Shown here: positions 18,120 to 27,410 of the stretch, in pieces
Layout of the letters: each line of letters starts with the position of its first letter
Numbering within the stretch: the first letter of the stretch is position 1
Source: Promethearchaeota archaeon
GTDB taxonomy: Archaea > Asgardarchaeota > Lokiarchaeia > Sigyniarchaeales > SOKP01
Length of the DNA stretch: 62,666 nt
Direction of reading: 5' to 3'
Assembly (NCBI GenBank): GCA_030603385.1
Contig: JAUVXW010000027.1
Span: 1-62,666 of the forward strand
The notes under the pieces: generated by a model
Told to the model about the DNA's origin: nothing
Database searches by the model: none
The model's input: only the letters and a program-made list of their open reading frames with translations
Made by a program: the position numbers and the translations under genes

Positions 18120-19280
18120 ATGACAGAATATGAAACATTTATGGTTTATGAACTGGATGATTCCGGAGATAAGAATAAAATAAGTATGGCAGAAGAAGAA
18201 CTTCAATCCAATCTGCATCCAGAACAAGTACTTGTAATAGTACGTGAAGATTTAAGAAGAATTTTCATTTGGAAGGGACCAAAATCCCCAGTTCGAAAGA
18301 GATTTATTAGTTCTAGAGTGGCTCAAGAACTCCAAGAAGAGTTAAGGAAGGATGCGAGTTATCACAGATGTAAAATCGTTTCCGTGGATGCCGGTGATGA
18401 ACCTATTGAATTTTTAAATGCGTTTCAATTAGAATCCATGGAAGTGACTGAACGATTGGCTGATATGCGATATATCCGGAACATAGAAAGGGAAAAAATG
18501 AATGAAGCAGTTATTACAGATGTTGCTCCAAAGGTGACTGAAACAAAAGGAGAAGAATATTTCTCTCCTGCTTTACAAGATACTACCAGCAATGTAGTTA
18601 CATCTTCCTTTACATCCAGTGTCTCTAAATCTACAAGTCTTCCTAAACCAAGACCTAGAACTCAATACCCGACGCAACCTATGACTAAAACCCCAGCTGG
18701 CCTATCAAAAGAGGACCAGGAAAAAATTAAAGATAGAATTCTAAAAAACGATATTACTGATAGTTATAAAAGACTAAATCTAATTTTAGGTCATACCCTA
18801 TTAGCCGCAGTTTCAAAAACAGCTAAAGTCTTCGGAGAAGAAGTTGTAGAAACTACGTGGGAACCTGTTAAAAAAGTTCCAAAAGATATCATTGAATTAG
18901 ATAATCATGTATTAAGGATATATTTTAATGAAACAAAAGGCATTGTAGAAGCTGTAGAAATATTAGAAAAAGAAGAAAAACCTAAGAGTGCTCCAAAAAA
19001 GATGACCACTGCAAAATCCACAGCAAAGTCATCCTCTTTAACTCCAATGCCAACCAAACCAACTTCAATGGATACACCCTCAATAAAGACTGCTTCTAAA
19101 AAAAAAACGGATTTTAATTCTATGACTGTCAAAGATCTTAAAAGTTACGCCGAAGAAAAAAAAATAGACTTACCTACTAATGCAAGAAAAGCCGAAATAA
19201 TAGAAATTTTAGAGAAATCTAAAGAGAATATACCAAGTGGTCGAAGACAATTACCAAAAATTCCTAGTAAGGACGATTAA
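18120..19280 (+). CDS. Gelsolin-like domain protein with low-complexity linkers and C-terminal Rho-N/SAP-like helical module
   Basis: VLVIVREDLRRIFIWKGPKS...VDAGDEPIEFLNAF (gelsolin repeat pattern); FNSMTVKDLKSYAEEKKI...KAEIIEIL. Confidence 0.7.
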   Translation: MTEYETFMVYELDDSGDKNKISMAEEELQSNLHPEQVLVIVREDLRRIFIWKGPKSPVRKRFISSRVAQELQEELRKDASYHRCKIVSVDAGDEPIEFLNAFQLESMEVTERLADMRYIRNIEREKMNEAVITDVAPKVTETKGEEYFSPALQDTTSNVVTSSFTSSVSKSTSLPKPRPRTQYPTQPMTKTPAGLSKEDQEKIKDRILKNDITDSYKRLNLILGHTLLAAVSKTAKVFGEEVVETTWEPVKKVPKDIIELDNHVLRIYFNETKGIVEAVEILEKEEKPKSAPKKMTTAKSTAKSSSLTPMPTKPTSMDTPSIKTASKKKTDFNSMTVKDLKSYAEEKKIDLPTNARKAEIIEILEKSKENIPSGRRQLPKIPSKDD

Positions 19281-19356
19281 AATCTTATCCGAATAAAAAT
19301 CCTTCTATATATTAAAATTAAAAGATAGGAAAAAATATTATACTTTTTAAAACCTA

Positions 19357-19716
19357 TCAAGTATTACTTTCTGGATCGTTTAATAAAACAAATGTGAGAA
19401 CACCTAAAACTTTAATTTCTCCAAAATCTCCTAAAGTATCAATAGCTTCTTTTCTGACTTCAGCGTCGGGATCAGTAACAGTTGTTATTGCTAATTGTTT
19501 TGAGATTTCATCAGAATTACCAATAGGTTCAATTGCACTGAGATCAACTCCGCAATACTTACAGAAATTATGTGAAATTTTTATTGCTTTTCCGCATGCG
19601 GGACAAACTCTTTGTGTATTAAAATCAATAAAGGCTCTCCTATTTATAGATGGTGATTCCTTTATCTTATAAGGATTTAAATTAGGATCAGGTCTGAAAT
19701 TCTTATCTCTTCTCAT
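19357..19716 (-). CDS. Zinc ribbon + HEAT/PBS-lyase repeat protein, probably C-terminally truncated
   Basis: CPACG...FCKYCG; DPDAEVRKEAIDTLG; stops right after the NDP that starts the next repeat. Confidence 0.6.
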   Translation of the reverse strand: MRRDKNFRPDPNLNPYKIKESPSINRRAFIDFNTQRVCPACGKAIKISHNFCKYCGVDLSAIEPIGNSDEISKQLAITTVTDPDAEVRKEAIDTLGDFGEIKVLGVLTFVLLNDPESNT

Positions 19717-19815
19717 AATATTCCTGTGAAGAAATTCTTCTTTAGTATCAATAATGTAATTTATATTTTTAATTTTAATTTAAAAAAAAGAAGAAAAAAA
19801 GATTGAAAACTTTTA

Positions 19816-20877
19816 TTATGCTAAAGTGATTTCTTTAGATAGATATACATCTTGAACTGCGTTGAGTATTTTAATTCCTTCTGGTGTAGGTTTTTTAAAT
19901 GCCTTACGACCAAGGATCAATCCCATACCTCCAGAGCGTTTATTAATAACTGCAGCAGTTATAGCATCTACTAGATCATTATCACCAGAAGCGCCTCCGG
20001 AATTAATTAGACCAATGCGTCCCATATAACAGTTGGCGACTTGGAATCTATTCCATTCTAATGGGTTGTCCACAGCTAATTTTTCATAAACGAGTTTATC
20101 AGTTTTTCCAAAATTTAAATCAAGAAAACCTCTATTAGTAGTAGATAACTTTTGTTTAATGATATCCGCTTCAATAGTTACTCCGAGATAATTTGCTTGG
20201 CTTTCTAAATCGTTTGCAGTATGATAATCCTTTCCATCCTTAATGAATTCATCAGTATTTCTCAAGTAAGTCCATAATATGGAAACTAAACCTAATTCAT
20301 GAGCATATTTAAAAGCTTCACTAATTTCCTGAATTTGACGCCTACAATTAGGAGACCCGAAATATATTGTAGCACCTATTCCAGCAGCACCCATATCCCA
20401 TCCTTGGTCAACATTAGCAAAGAGAGTTTGATCAGATAAATTAGGTTTAGTAAGAAGTTCATTATGATTAATTTTTACTATAAACGGAATCTTACGAGCA
20501 TATCGTCTTGAAACTGATCCTAATACTCCGAGAGTAGAGGCAACAGCATTGCATCCTCCCTCTATTGCTAGTTTAATGATATTTTCAGGATCAAAATATG
20601 ATGGATTGATCGCGAAACTTGCTGAAGCAGTGTGTTCAATGCCTTGATCCACGGGTAAGATTGAAAGATATCCTGTTCCAGCTAATCTACCTCTCTGATT
20701 AAAGAGTCTCCCCATATTATTCAATACTAAATTATTTCTATCTGTATGTTCAAAAACTCTATCAATATAATCAGGACCAGGAGCATGAATCATTTCCTTT
20801 GGAATACCTACACATGTGTGATTCAAAAGCTCATCTGCTTTAGAGCCCAAGAGATTTTTAATTTCATTATAATCCAT
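19816..20877 (-). CDS. fbaB: Class I fructose-bisphosphate aldolase (FbaB/DhnA, long form)
   Basis: [21 protein letters not shown] Schiff-base Lys, [15 protein letters not shown]. Confidence 0.93.
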   Translation of the reverse strand: MDYNEIKNLLGSKADELLNHTCVGIPKEMIHAPGPDYIDRVFEHTDRNNLVLNNMGRLFNQRGRLAGTGYLSILPVDQGIEHTASASFAINPSYFDPENIIKLAIEGGCNAVASTLGVLGSVSRRYARKIPFIVKINHNELLTKPNLSDQTLFANVDQGWDMGAAGIGATIYFGSPNCRRQIQEISEAFKYAHELGLVSILWTYLRNTDEFIKDGKDYHTANDLESQANYLGVTIEADIIKQKLSTTNRGFLDLNFGKTDKLVYEKLAVDNPLEWNRFQVANCYMGRIGLINSGGASGDNDLVDAITAAVINKRSGGMGLILGRKAFKKPTPEGIKILNAVQDVYLSKEITLA

Positions 20878-21035
20878 TTTATAATCTCATCTAAATAATT
20901 ATTACTAAATTAAAATTAATGAAAAAATAAGAGTCCAAACATATAATATTTTTGCTTATAGTTCTTTGTTTTTTTTTGTACTATAAACGAAATTTAGTTT
21001 GTTATATTGATTTTTAACTATTCAAGATAAAATCA

Positions 21036-21395
21036 TTACTTCTGATTATTATTTCCCTTGAAAAATTCTTTTAAAAGCTCAGAAAGGAGAATATAATTAC
21101 TGGAATTTACACTAGAACTGCTACTTTCTAATTTCAAAGAAATTTTTCTTGTTTCTTTTCCTGAAGATTCTAATTTTATTAATAGCTTTTTTTTTTCATT
21201 CTTAAATTTGCCTGCATATGAAGAATTATTATTCCATAAGTTATCGATTTTATTTGCAACTTTCTCCTTGCTTGTAAATGGTTCAATTTTAGCTCCATTC
21301 AAAATTTTAGGTTTTTCCATATTTACCCAACTTTTCAGAAATTTCTTGTTGCTCAAATTCCTATAAAACCTTATTAATTTATCTTTAAAAACCAC
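21036..21395 (-). CDS. Hypothetical protein
   Basis: 119-aa ORF filling the gap; no motif recognised; start uncertain. Confidence 0.4.
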   Translation of the reverse strand: MVFKDKLIRFYRNLSNKKFLKSWVNMEKPKILNGAKIEPFTSKEKVANKIDNLWNNNSSYAGKFKNEKKKLLIKLESSGKETRKISLKLESSSSSVNSSNYILLSELLKEFFKGNNNQK

Positions 21396-21443
21396 AAGTA
21401 TCTTTGAGGCAAAACTTAATTGTTATGAGTCTTTGTCAAAGAT

Positions 21444-21776
21444 ATGCCTGATGAATTTGATTTTAAAAACTATGAATCAATGGAAGAGTATGGTAAAACA
21501 GTAGAAGGGACAAAGTACTTACACTCTTTATATCTTAAAGCAGTAAATCACCCTACTCGACGCGAAATTCTAAATATAGTTAATAAGGCTAAAAAAATTT
21601 CTAAAAAAGAATTGTTAAAAGCTCTTTTAGATAAAAACTTAATAAATGATGAATCTTCGCTTAATTACAATATGGACTACCTAGTTAAAGCTTTTTGTGT
21701 TAAAGAAATCGAAGAAGACAATATTATTTATTTTGAAATCACTCAAAGTGGACAAGTAGTAGAGTACTTAGGATAA
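21444..21776 (+). CDS. ArsR-like winged-helix protein
   Basis: KAVNHPTRREIL, LNYNMDYL, FEITQSG. Confidence 0.75.
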   Translation: MPDEFDFKNYESMEEYGKTVEGTKYLHSLYLKAVNHPTRREILNIVNKAKKISKKELLKALLDKNLINDESSLNYNMDYLVKAFCVKEIEEDNIIYFEITQSGQVVEYLG

Positions 21777-21790
21777 GACTTTTTTTTCTA

Positions 21791-22237
21791 CTATTTTTGC
21801 ATCATTTTTTGATAACAATCGCAGCAAGGTATTCCAAAATTAAGGTTATAACTTTTAAATTTCTTATTCTTAACATTTATGAATTTTATTAATGTTTCTA
21901 TAAGACTCTTTTTACTTTTATCAAAAAATAATTGTTTCAAGTTAAAATAATGATTAAATCCTCCGCAAAGGGGACAGAGAGAATAAAACTTGATAAATTT
22001 CTGAAATTTTTGTTTTTCTCCCTCTGATAAAGCTTCTAATTTAAAATCTGGATTACTTTCGATTATTGTTTTTAAATTATCTAATTCATTTAGCATTGCA
22101 TCTCTTAGAAAATTAGTATTATAATTATTTTCGCTAACAGTTTCATTTGATAAAATGTCTTGAGAAGTAAATTTATCAAAATATTCTATAGCTTCATTAA
22201 AAAATAATAAATTCTTGTTTTTACTCTTCTTATTCAT
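21791..22237 (-). CDS. Hypothetical Zn-binding protein
   Basis: CPLCG...GIPCCDC. Confidence 0.6.
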   Translation of the reverse strand: MNKKSKNKNLLFFNEAIEYFDKFTSQDILSNETVSENNYNTNFLRDAMLNELDNLKTIIESNPDFKLEALSEGEKQKFQKFIKFYSLCPLCGGFNHYFNLKQLFFDKSKKSLIETLIKFINVKNKKFKSYNLNFGIPCCDCYQKMMQK

Positions 22238-22318
22238 TTGTTACAACACTAACATAGGTCAAATTTTTTTTTGTTTCTCTTCAAATAAGAAGTATTCATA
22301 TCATCCAAAAAAATTTTA

Positions 22319-23605
22319 TTATAGAAATTTGAAAAATTTTTCATTTTTACTAAATAGGTCATTCTTATTTTCACCGGTTAATCTTCTAAAGTCAATAATC
22401 CTTGAAGGAGCAAAATATTCAAAATCAAATTCAACTTTATCACCCACACTTCTTCCAGGTATTGGCATTAAACGAGCTGTCAATGGCTTATTCAGTCTAA
22501 CTGAAATAGTGCATAGATCTAATAGAATATAAAATAATTCTTGTTCGGTAATATCCCCTGGCAATGGGACAACATCTAAACCTGCACCACACATAGTAGT
22601 ATATAATAGAAGTGAATCCAAGTTAAATTTATTTTCAGACAATCTTTTTGATAAAATATAGTCTTCTAAAATAGGTTGAAAAAAGCCTGAAAACCCAATA
22701 ACTTTCTCTTTATCAACCGGTATTGAATTTTTTATTAATGCAACTCCGGTTAGAGTTCCAATAGCTCCGAAATATTCAATTCCCAACTTTTCTATTGCAG
22801 TCCCAATACTTTTATTCGCCTCTGGAAAAGGTGCAGGAGAAAGATCAACTCCCTTAAACTCAATATCAAATTTTCGTCCAAATTTCTCCCCAATTTTTGT
22901 AATGTCATCATAAATTTGATTAAATTTTGATAATAAATTAAATTGCACCTCTTTTAAACTATTTGACTTTTCAATTGCATCAATTACTTCGTCTGCCATT
23001 TCCAACGCAAGAGAAAAAGCTGGTTTATCTGAAAAATGATATGCCGCTGGAAAAAATGGGAAATTAGGTCCTACATTGGCAGATACACAAAAATTTAGAT
23101 TTTTAAATGGGTCTGGTTCAGATAATTGCTTTATTATTTTAGCACCAGATTTTATAGCCGATATATTTAATCCATCTCGTGTGGATGCTACTGGTAAAGA
23201 AGTAAAGAAATTATCCGTATTTTTAATAAAAGTTGGCACTTCATTTAATAAAAGTCTTTCAAAGATTCCTAGCTCCGGAAGTTGGTGCGTAAGCATCATA
23301 CAACACGCAAAATAGTCAAATCCATAGTCTTTAAACATATCTTGTAAAAATTTTAATTGGTTTTTTATATCAACTAAAGTCTCTTTTAAATTTTTTTCAT
23401 AAAACAATTTATTATCATAGCTAAACATTGGTTGTGAGCAAAATCGCTTAGTTTGAACTTGTATTCCGATTTCCTCGAAAGCATTAATTAGCTCATTGTT
23501 TAAGTTCGAAAAATTGTGAAGGTTTTCTTGCATGAAGGTTAAGATCGTCTCATTTCGGTATAGGAAAGGAATTATCTGACCATTTGTGATTGCTCTTATT
23601 CGCAT
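22319..23605 (-). CDS. DUF711 family protein
   Basis: MRIRAIT, PFFPAAYH, GVDLSPAP, GFSGFFQPILED, CGAGLDVVPLPGD, KPLTARLMP. Confidence 0.85.
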   Translation of the reverse strand: MRIRAITNGQIIPFLYRNETILTFMQENLHNFSNLNNELINAFEEIGIQVQTKRFCSQPMFSYDNKLFYEKNLKETLVDIKNQLKFLQDMFKDYGFDYFACCMMLTHQLPELGIFERLLLNEVPTFIKNTDNFFTSLPVASTRDGLNISAIKSGAKIIKQLSEPDPFKNLNFCVSANVGPNFPFFPAAYHFSDKPAFSLALEMADEVIDAIEKSNSLKEVQFNLLSKFNQIYDDITKIGEKFGRKFDIEFKGVDLSPAPFPEANKSIGTAIEKLGIEYFGAIGTLTGVALIKNSIPVDKEKVIGFSGFFQPILEDYILSKRLSENKFNLDSLLLYTTMCGAGLDVVPLPGDITEQELFYILLDLCTISVRLNKPLTARLMPIPGRSVGDKVEFDFEYFAPSRIIDFRRLTGENKNDLFSKNEKFFKFL

Positions 23606-23732
23606 TTTTAATTTGTGTTTCTAAAATATATTCTCTTAATAAGAATTATAAGAGAAATATCAATAAAAAATTAATATTTCTAATCATTGAAATTTTATTT
23701 AAATTCATTTATATCTTTAATTGAAATATCGA

Positions 23733-26141
23733 TTAAATTTCATCTAATTTTGCTTTTCCTTTTCTTTGCTTTTTAGATGATAAAGGTTTTGTATATTCAT
23801 TTGGTTTAATGGGGCCAATTTTATCCAATTGTTCCTTAAATTCTTTAACTGCTTTAGCATATTTTTCTCCTTCACCAGCAGCTATACTTACAATTTTCAC
23901 ACGTTTCTCATTTATTCCTGTCTCAATTAACACTTCTCTAATACTTTCATATCGAGATTTTGCTTTAATGAATCCTTCTTGATAGTGACAATCTTGTGGA
24001 TAACAACCTGCAATTAAAACTCCATCTGCACCATAGAAGAAGCTTTCAAATACTAAAGATGGATTAAGCATTGCGGTACACATAACATGTATTGTTCTTA
24101 TATTTGTGGGATAGGTTAATTTACTTGTTCCAGCAAGATCGGCTCCGGTATAGGAACACCAGTTACATAAAAATGCGATGATTAACGGGGATTCACTTTT
24201 CTGTTTTAAAATAGATTGAATTTGAGCTGATATCTGCATTTTTGTAAACCCTGGAATATATAAAGCATCAGAATGGCACATTGCAGCACATGCACCACAT
24301 CCAGTACAGTTTGCTTGAGTGATTTTTAATTGATTACCTTCGATTTTTAATGCATTAAACATGCAGATATTTTCACACAATCTACATAAGTCACATTCTT
24401 CTGGATTGAAATAAACTACATGGGGATCTAATTCAACTTTTCCCATAGATATTAGAGAAATTACCTTCGCGGCTGAACTTTCTGCTTGAGCAATACTAGT
24501 CGGTATATCCTTTGGTCCTTGTATTGCACCAGCTAAAAAAATGCCATTAACCGAAGTTTCTGAAGGTCTAACCTTTAAATGTTTTTCTAATAAAAAGCCA
24601 TTCGTATCTTGAGATATGTTCAAAATTTTACTTAATTTATTCGTATTATTTGCAGGTTCAATACCTACTGCCAAAACAACTAAATTTGTTTTATTTTCAA
24701 ATAATTTATCTTCAATTACATCCTCACCACGAACAATTAATTCATCTGACGTATCACTTTTTAACACTGCGGAGATATTACTTTTTATGAATCTGATTCC
24801 AAAAGTTTCACGAGCTCTATTATAAAATTCTTCACAATTTTTACCCGTTGCTCTAATGTCATTATAGTATACATTTATTTCTGTTTCAGGATGTTCTTTT
24901 TTAATTAACACAGCTTGTTTTATTGCCACATTACAACACACTTGACTACAATATTCATGATGAATTTGTTTATTACGAGATCCAACACATAAAATAAATG
25001 AAACCTTTTTGGGGGGTTCACCACTTGAAGGAATTATAATCTTTCCATGAGTAGGTCCATCATTGTTAAGTATTCTTTCCATTTGCAATGTAGTTATGAT
25101 ATCTGGATATTTAAGATAATTGTATTCTCCAAGTAAAGAGGGATCAAAAGTTTTTAATCCTGTTGCAACAATAATTGAGCCGACTTTAATATTAATAATT
25201 TCTGGCTCTTGATTGAAATCTATTGCATCTCTATCACATGCTTGAGCACATACTTTACATCCAATACAATATTCTTCTAAAATGTTCGGAAATAGAGGTA
25301 TTGCTTGAGGATAGGGAACATCTATAGCCTTTCTTGGAAAAAATGTATCTTCTACATCAATTGGACATACATCTCGACAAATGTCAAAACATCCAACACA
25401 ATCTTCTTCTTTTATAAAGCGAGGGTTTTTTTTTATTGTGATCTCAAAATTGCCAATATATCCATCAACATTTTCAACCGTAGAATAAGTAAGAAGCTCA
25501 ATGTTTGGATGATCTTTAACCTCCGTCATTAAGGGGCCAAGTATGCAGATTGAACAATCTAGAGTAGGAAAAGTTTTATCGAAAAGAGCCATATGTCCTC
25601 CTATTGTTGGTTCTTTTTCCACTAAATATATTTTATAGCCCGCATCTGCAATTACTAATGCTGCTTTTATTCCAGCTATACCTCCACCAATGACTAAACT
25701 AGATGGTAGAACATTTGAATATTGAACATCTAAGGGGTTTAAAAGCCTGACTTGCTCTATAGCCATGTTAATTTGATCAATTGCTTTTCTCGTTGCTTTT
25801 TCTGGCTCATCAGCATGAACCCATGAATTTTGTTCTCGGATATTAGCAAAAGATATCAGAAATCGATTAATTCCTGCTTTCTCAATAGTTTTTCGAAATA
25901 ATAAACCATGCAATTTGAATGAACAGGCGGCTATTACAACTCTATCTATTATTTTCTCTTTGATCTCATCAATAATCTTGTTTAACCCTAATTCAGAGCA
26001 TAAATATTGGTCTCTTAACACATACACATCAGAGTATTTGCTAAAATATTCAATTAATTCTTCATTATTAATAGTTCCACTGATATTTTTCCCACAATCG
26101 CATAAAAATAAACCAATTTTCAAATTAACACCACTTATCAA
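23733..26141 (-). CDS. hdrA: Heterodisulfide reductase subunit A fused to MvhD
   Basis: FLCDCG, NIREQNSWVH, GGGIAG, KTFPTLDCSICIL, CVGSR...CSQVCC, ferredoxin motifs; C-terminal FLCNWCSY...GADGVLIAGCYPQDCHY. Confidence 0.93.
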   Translation of the reverse strand: MISGVNLKIGLFLCDCGKNISGTINNEELIEYFSKYSDVYVLRDQYLCSELGLNKIIDEIKEKIIDRVVIAACSFKLHGLLFRKTIEKAGINRFLISFANIREQNSWVHADEPEKATRKAIDQINMAIEQVRLLNPLDVQYSNVLPSSLVIGGGIAGIKAALVIADAGYKIYLVEKEPTIGGHMALFDKTFPTLDCSICILGPLMTEVKDHPNIELLTYSTVENVDGYIGNFEITIKKNPRFIKEEDCVGCFDICRDVCPIDVEDTFFPRKAIDVPYPQAIPLFPNILEEYCIGCKVCAQACDRDAIDFNQEPEIINIKVGSIIVATGLKTFDPSLLGEYNYLKYPDIITTLQMERILNNDGPTHGKIIIPSSGEPPKKVSFILCVGSRNKQIHHEYCSQVCCNVAIKQAVLIKKEHPETEINVYYNDIRATGKNCEEFYNRARETFGIRFIKSNISAVLKSDTSDELIVRGEDVIEDKLFENKTNLVVLAVGIEPANNTNKLSKILNISQDTNGFLLEKHLKVRPSETSVNGIFLAGAIQGPKDIPTSIAQAESSAAKVISLISMGKVELDPHVVYFNPEECDLCRLCENICMFNALKIEGNQLKITQANCTGCGACAAMCHSDALYIPGFTKMQISAQIQSILKQKSESPLIIAFLCNWCSYTGADLAGTSKLTYPTNIRTIHVMCTAMLNPSLVFESFFYGADGVLIAGCYPQDCHYQEGFIKAKSRYESIREVLIETGINEKRVKIVSIAAGEGEKYAKAVKEFKEQLDKIGPIKPNEYTKPLSSKKQRKGKAKLDEI

Positions 26142-26311
26142 TATGAAATTTTCGCAATTCTATGTTAATTATAGATTTGAGTTTTTATTAATTATTCCAA
26201 ATTGTTTAAAGAAGTTAATATTATCTCTTCCTAAGTATAAAGGAGCATTTAATTTTTCTTATTAACCATTATTTCTACAAAGGAGTAGAATTATTCATTT
26301 ACTTATTTAAT

Positions 26312-26692
26312 TCATGATATATCTTTATTACCAGAAGTTCTCGAGACTTGCTTAAAAAAAGTAGGAAGCATATCAATAAAGTTATCATCTTCTAAATTTT
26401 TTAAAATGATCTGAGATATTTCGTTTAAAGCCTCTTCGTAGTCATCAGGATCTTCAAGTGAATCTAGTTTTAATACAATGAAATAATCTGTATCCGAACC
26501 AGAATAATATGTTACAATATTTAGGTTTTCTATAGTTAAGCTTGCAATTCCTGCTTGTTTGCTAAATTCATGCATATTCAAAATATGCATTAAAGTACTT
26601 TCCTGTAATTTCATTGATTCTTCGGGATAGTTCGCCTTTATAGCTATCCCGCTCTTATTATTATATTTCATTACTATTAATCCCTCTGGCAT
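26312..26692 (-). CDS. Small longin/uDENN-like domain protein
   Basis: GLIVMKYNNKSG...NYP start, beta-rich core, LEDPDDYEEAL helix. Confidence 0.5.
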   Translation of the reverse strand: MPEGLIVMKYNNKSGIAIKANYPEESMKLQESTLMHILNMHEFSKQAGIASLTIENLNIVTYYSGSDTDYFIVLKLDSLEDPDDYEEALNEISQIILKNLEDDNFIDMLPTFFKQVSRTSGNKDIS

Positions 26693-26694
26693 GA

Positions 26695-27294
26695 TTAAGC
26701 CTCTTTTTGAAGCATTTCTTTTGGTAAAAACGGATATACCTTTAGAATATCAAAATTGTGTTTTTGCATCTCTAAAAAGTAGTTCTTCTCTATTTCATAT
26801 TCATCTTTTGCCCAATTTAATATTTCCTCTCGTGAGTAATATTTACCCTTTAATACTTGTAAACCTTTACACTTTTTTGTGTATCTCTCGAAGTTATTCC
26901 GATTTGAAACCATCATTTGCCAAAATGGGAATGATCTACACTGAAAGGGACGCATTTCATGAACACTACACTTATTATCCTTTAAAAAATGACAATGTTC
27001 ATCTTCTCCCGTGAATCTAAAACCTAATGTTTTAAATCTGTATGTTTTACCTCTTTGAGCATCGGGATCTTTCCAAAAAAAGCTATCATTAATTACTTTC
27101 ACATATTTTTTAGCAAAATTTCTTAAACCTTTCATCCCAGTTATGTTCAAAAATTTAGCTAATCGAAGAATATCATCTTTATAAAGATACACTTCACCCG
27201 CCTCAAATCCTCTACAACAATCACCACACATTTGGCACGAGAATTTAATTCCATTTTCAAGATTTTTTGAGATCTTGATTTCAGTAGAAGTCAA
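26695..27294 (-). CDS. YkgJ family (CxxCxxCC) cysteine-cluster protein
   Basis: CQMCGDCC, CHFL, CSVHEMRPFQCRSFPFW. Confidence 0.88.
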   Translation of the reverse strand: MTSTEIKISKNLENGIKFSCQMCGDCCRGFEAGEVYLYKDDILRLAKFLNITGMKGLRNFAKKYVKVINDSFFWKDPDAQRGKTYRFKTLGFRFTGEDEHCHFLKDNKCSVHEMRPFQCRSFPFWQMMVSNRNNFERYTKKCKGLQVLKGKYYSREEILNWAKDEYEIEKNYFLEMQKHNFDILKVYPFLPKEMLQKEA

Positions 27295-27410
27295 GTTTAT
27301 TGCTAATTATTAAGAATATAAATTAATAAATTATATTGAAGAATTTAATTAATATTTAAATATTAATTCATTGATTATATTAGGTAATCAAGAGAGAGGA
27401 GCTTTAATTT

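Noticed and set aside
23733-26141. Selenoprotein or SECIS in hdrA-mvhD
   Set aside because: No in-frame TGA; the ligand positions are Cys, and I saw no convincing SECIS downstream.
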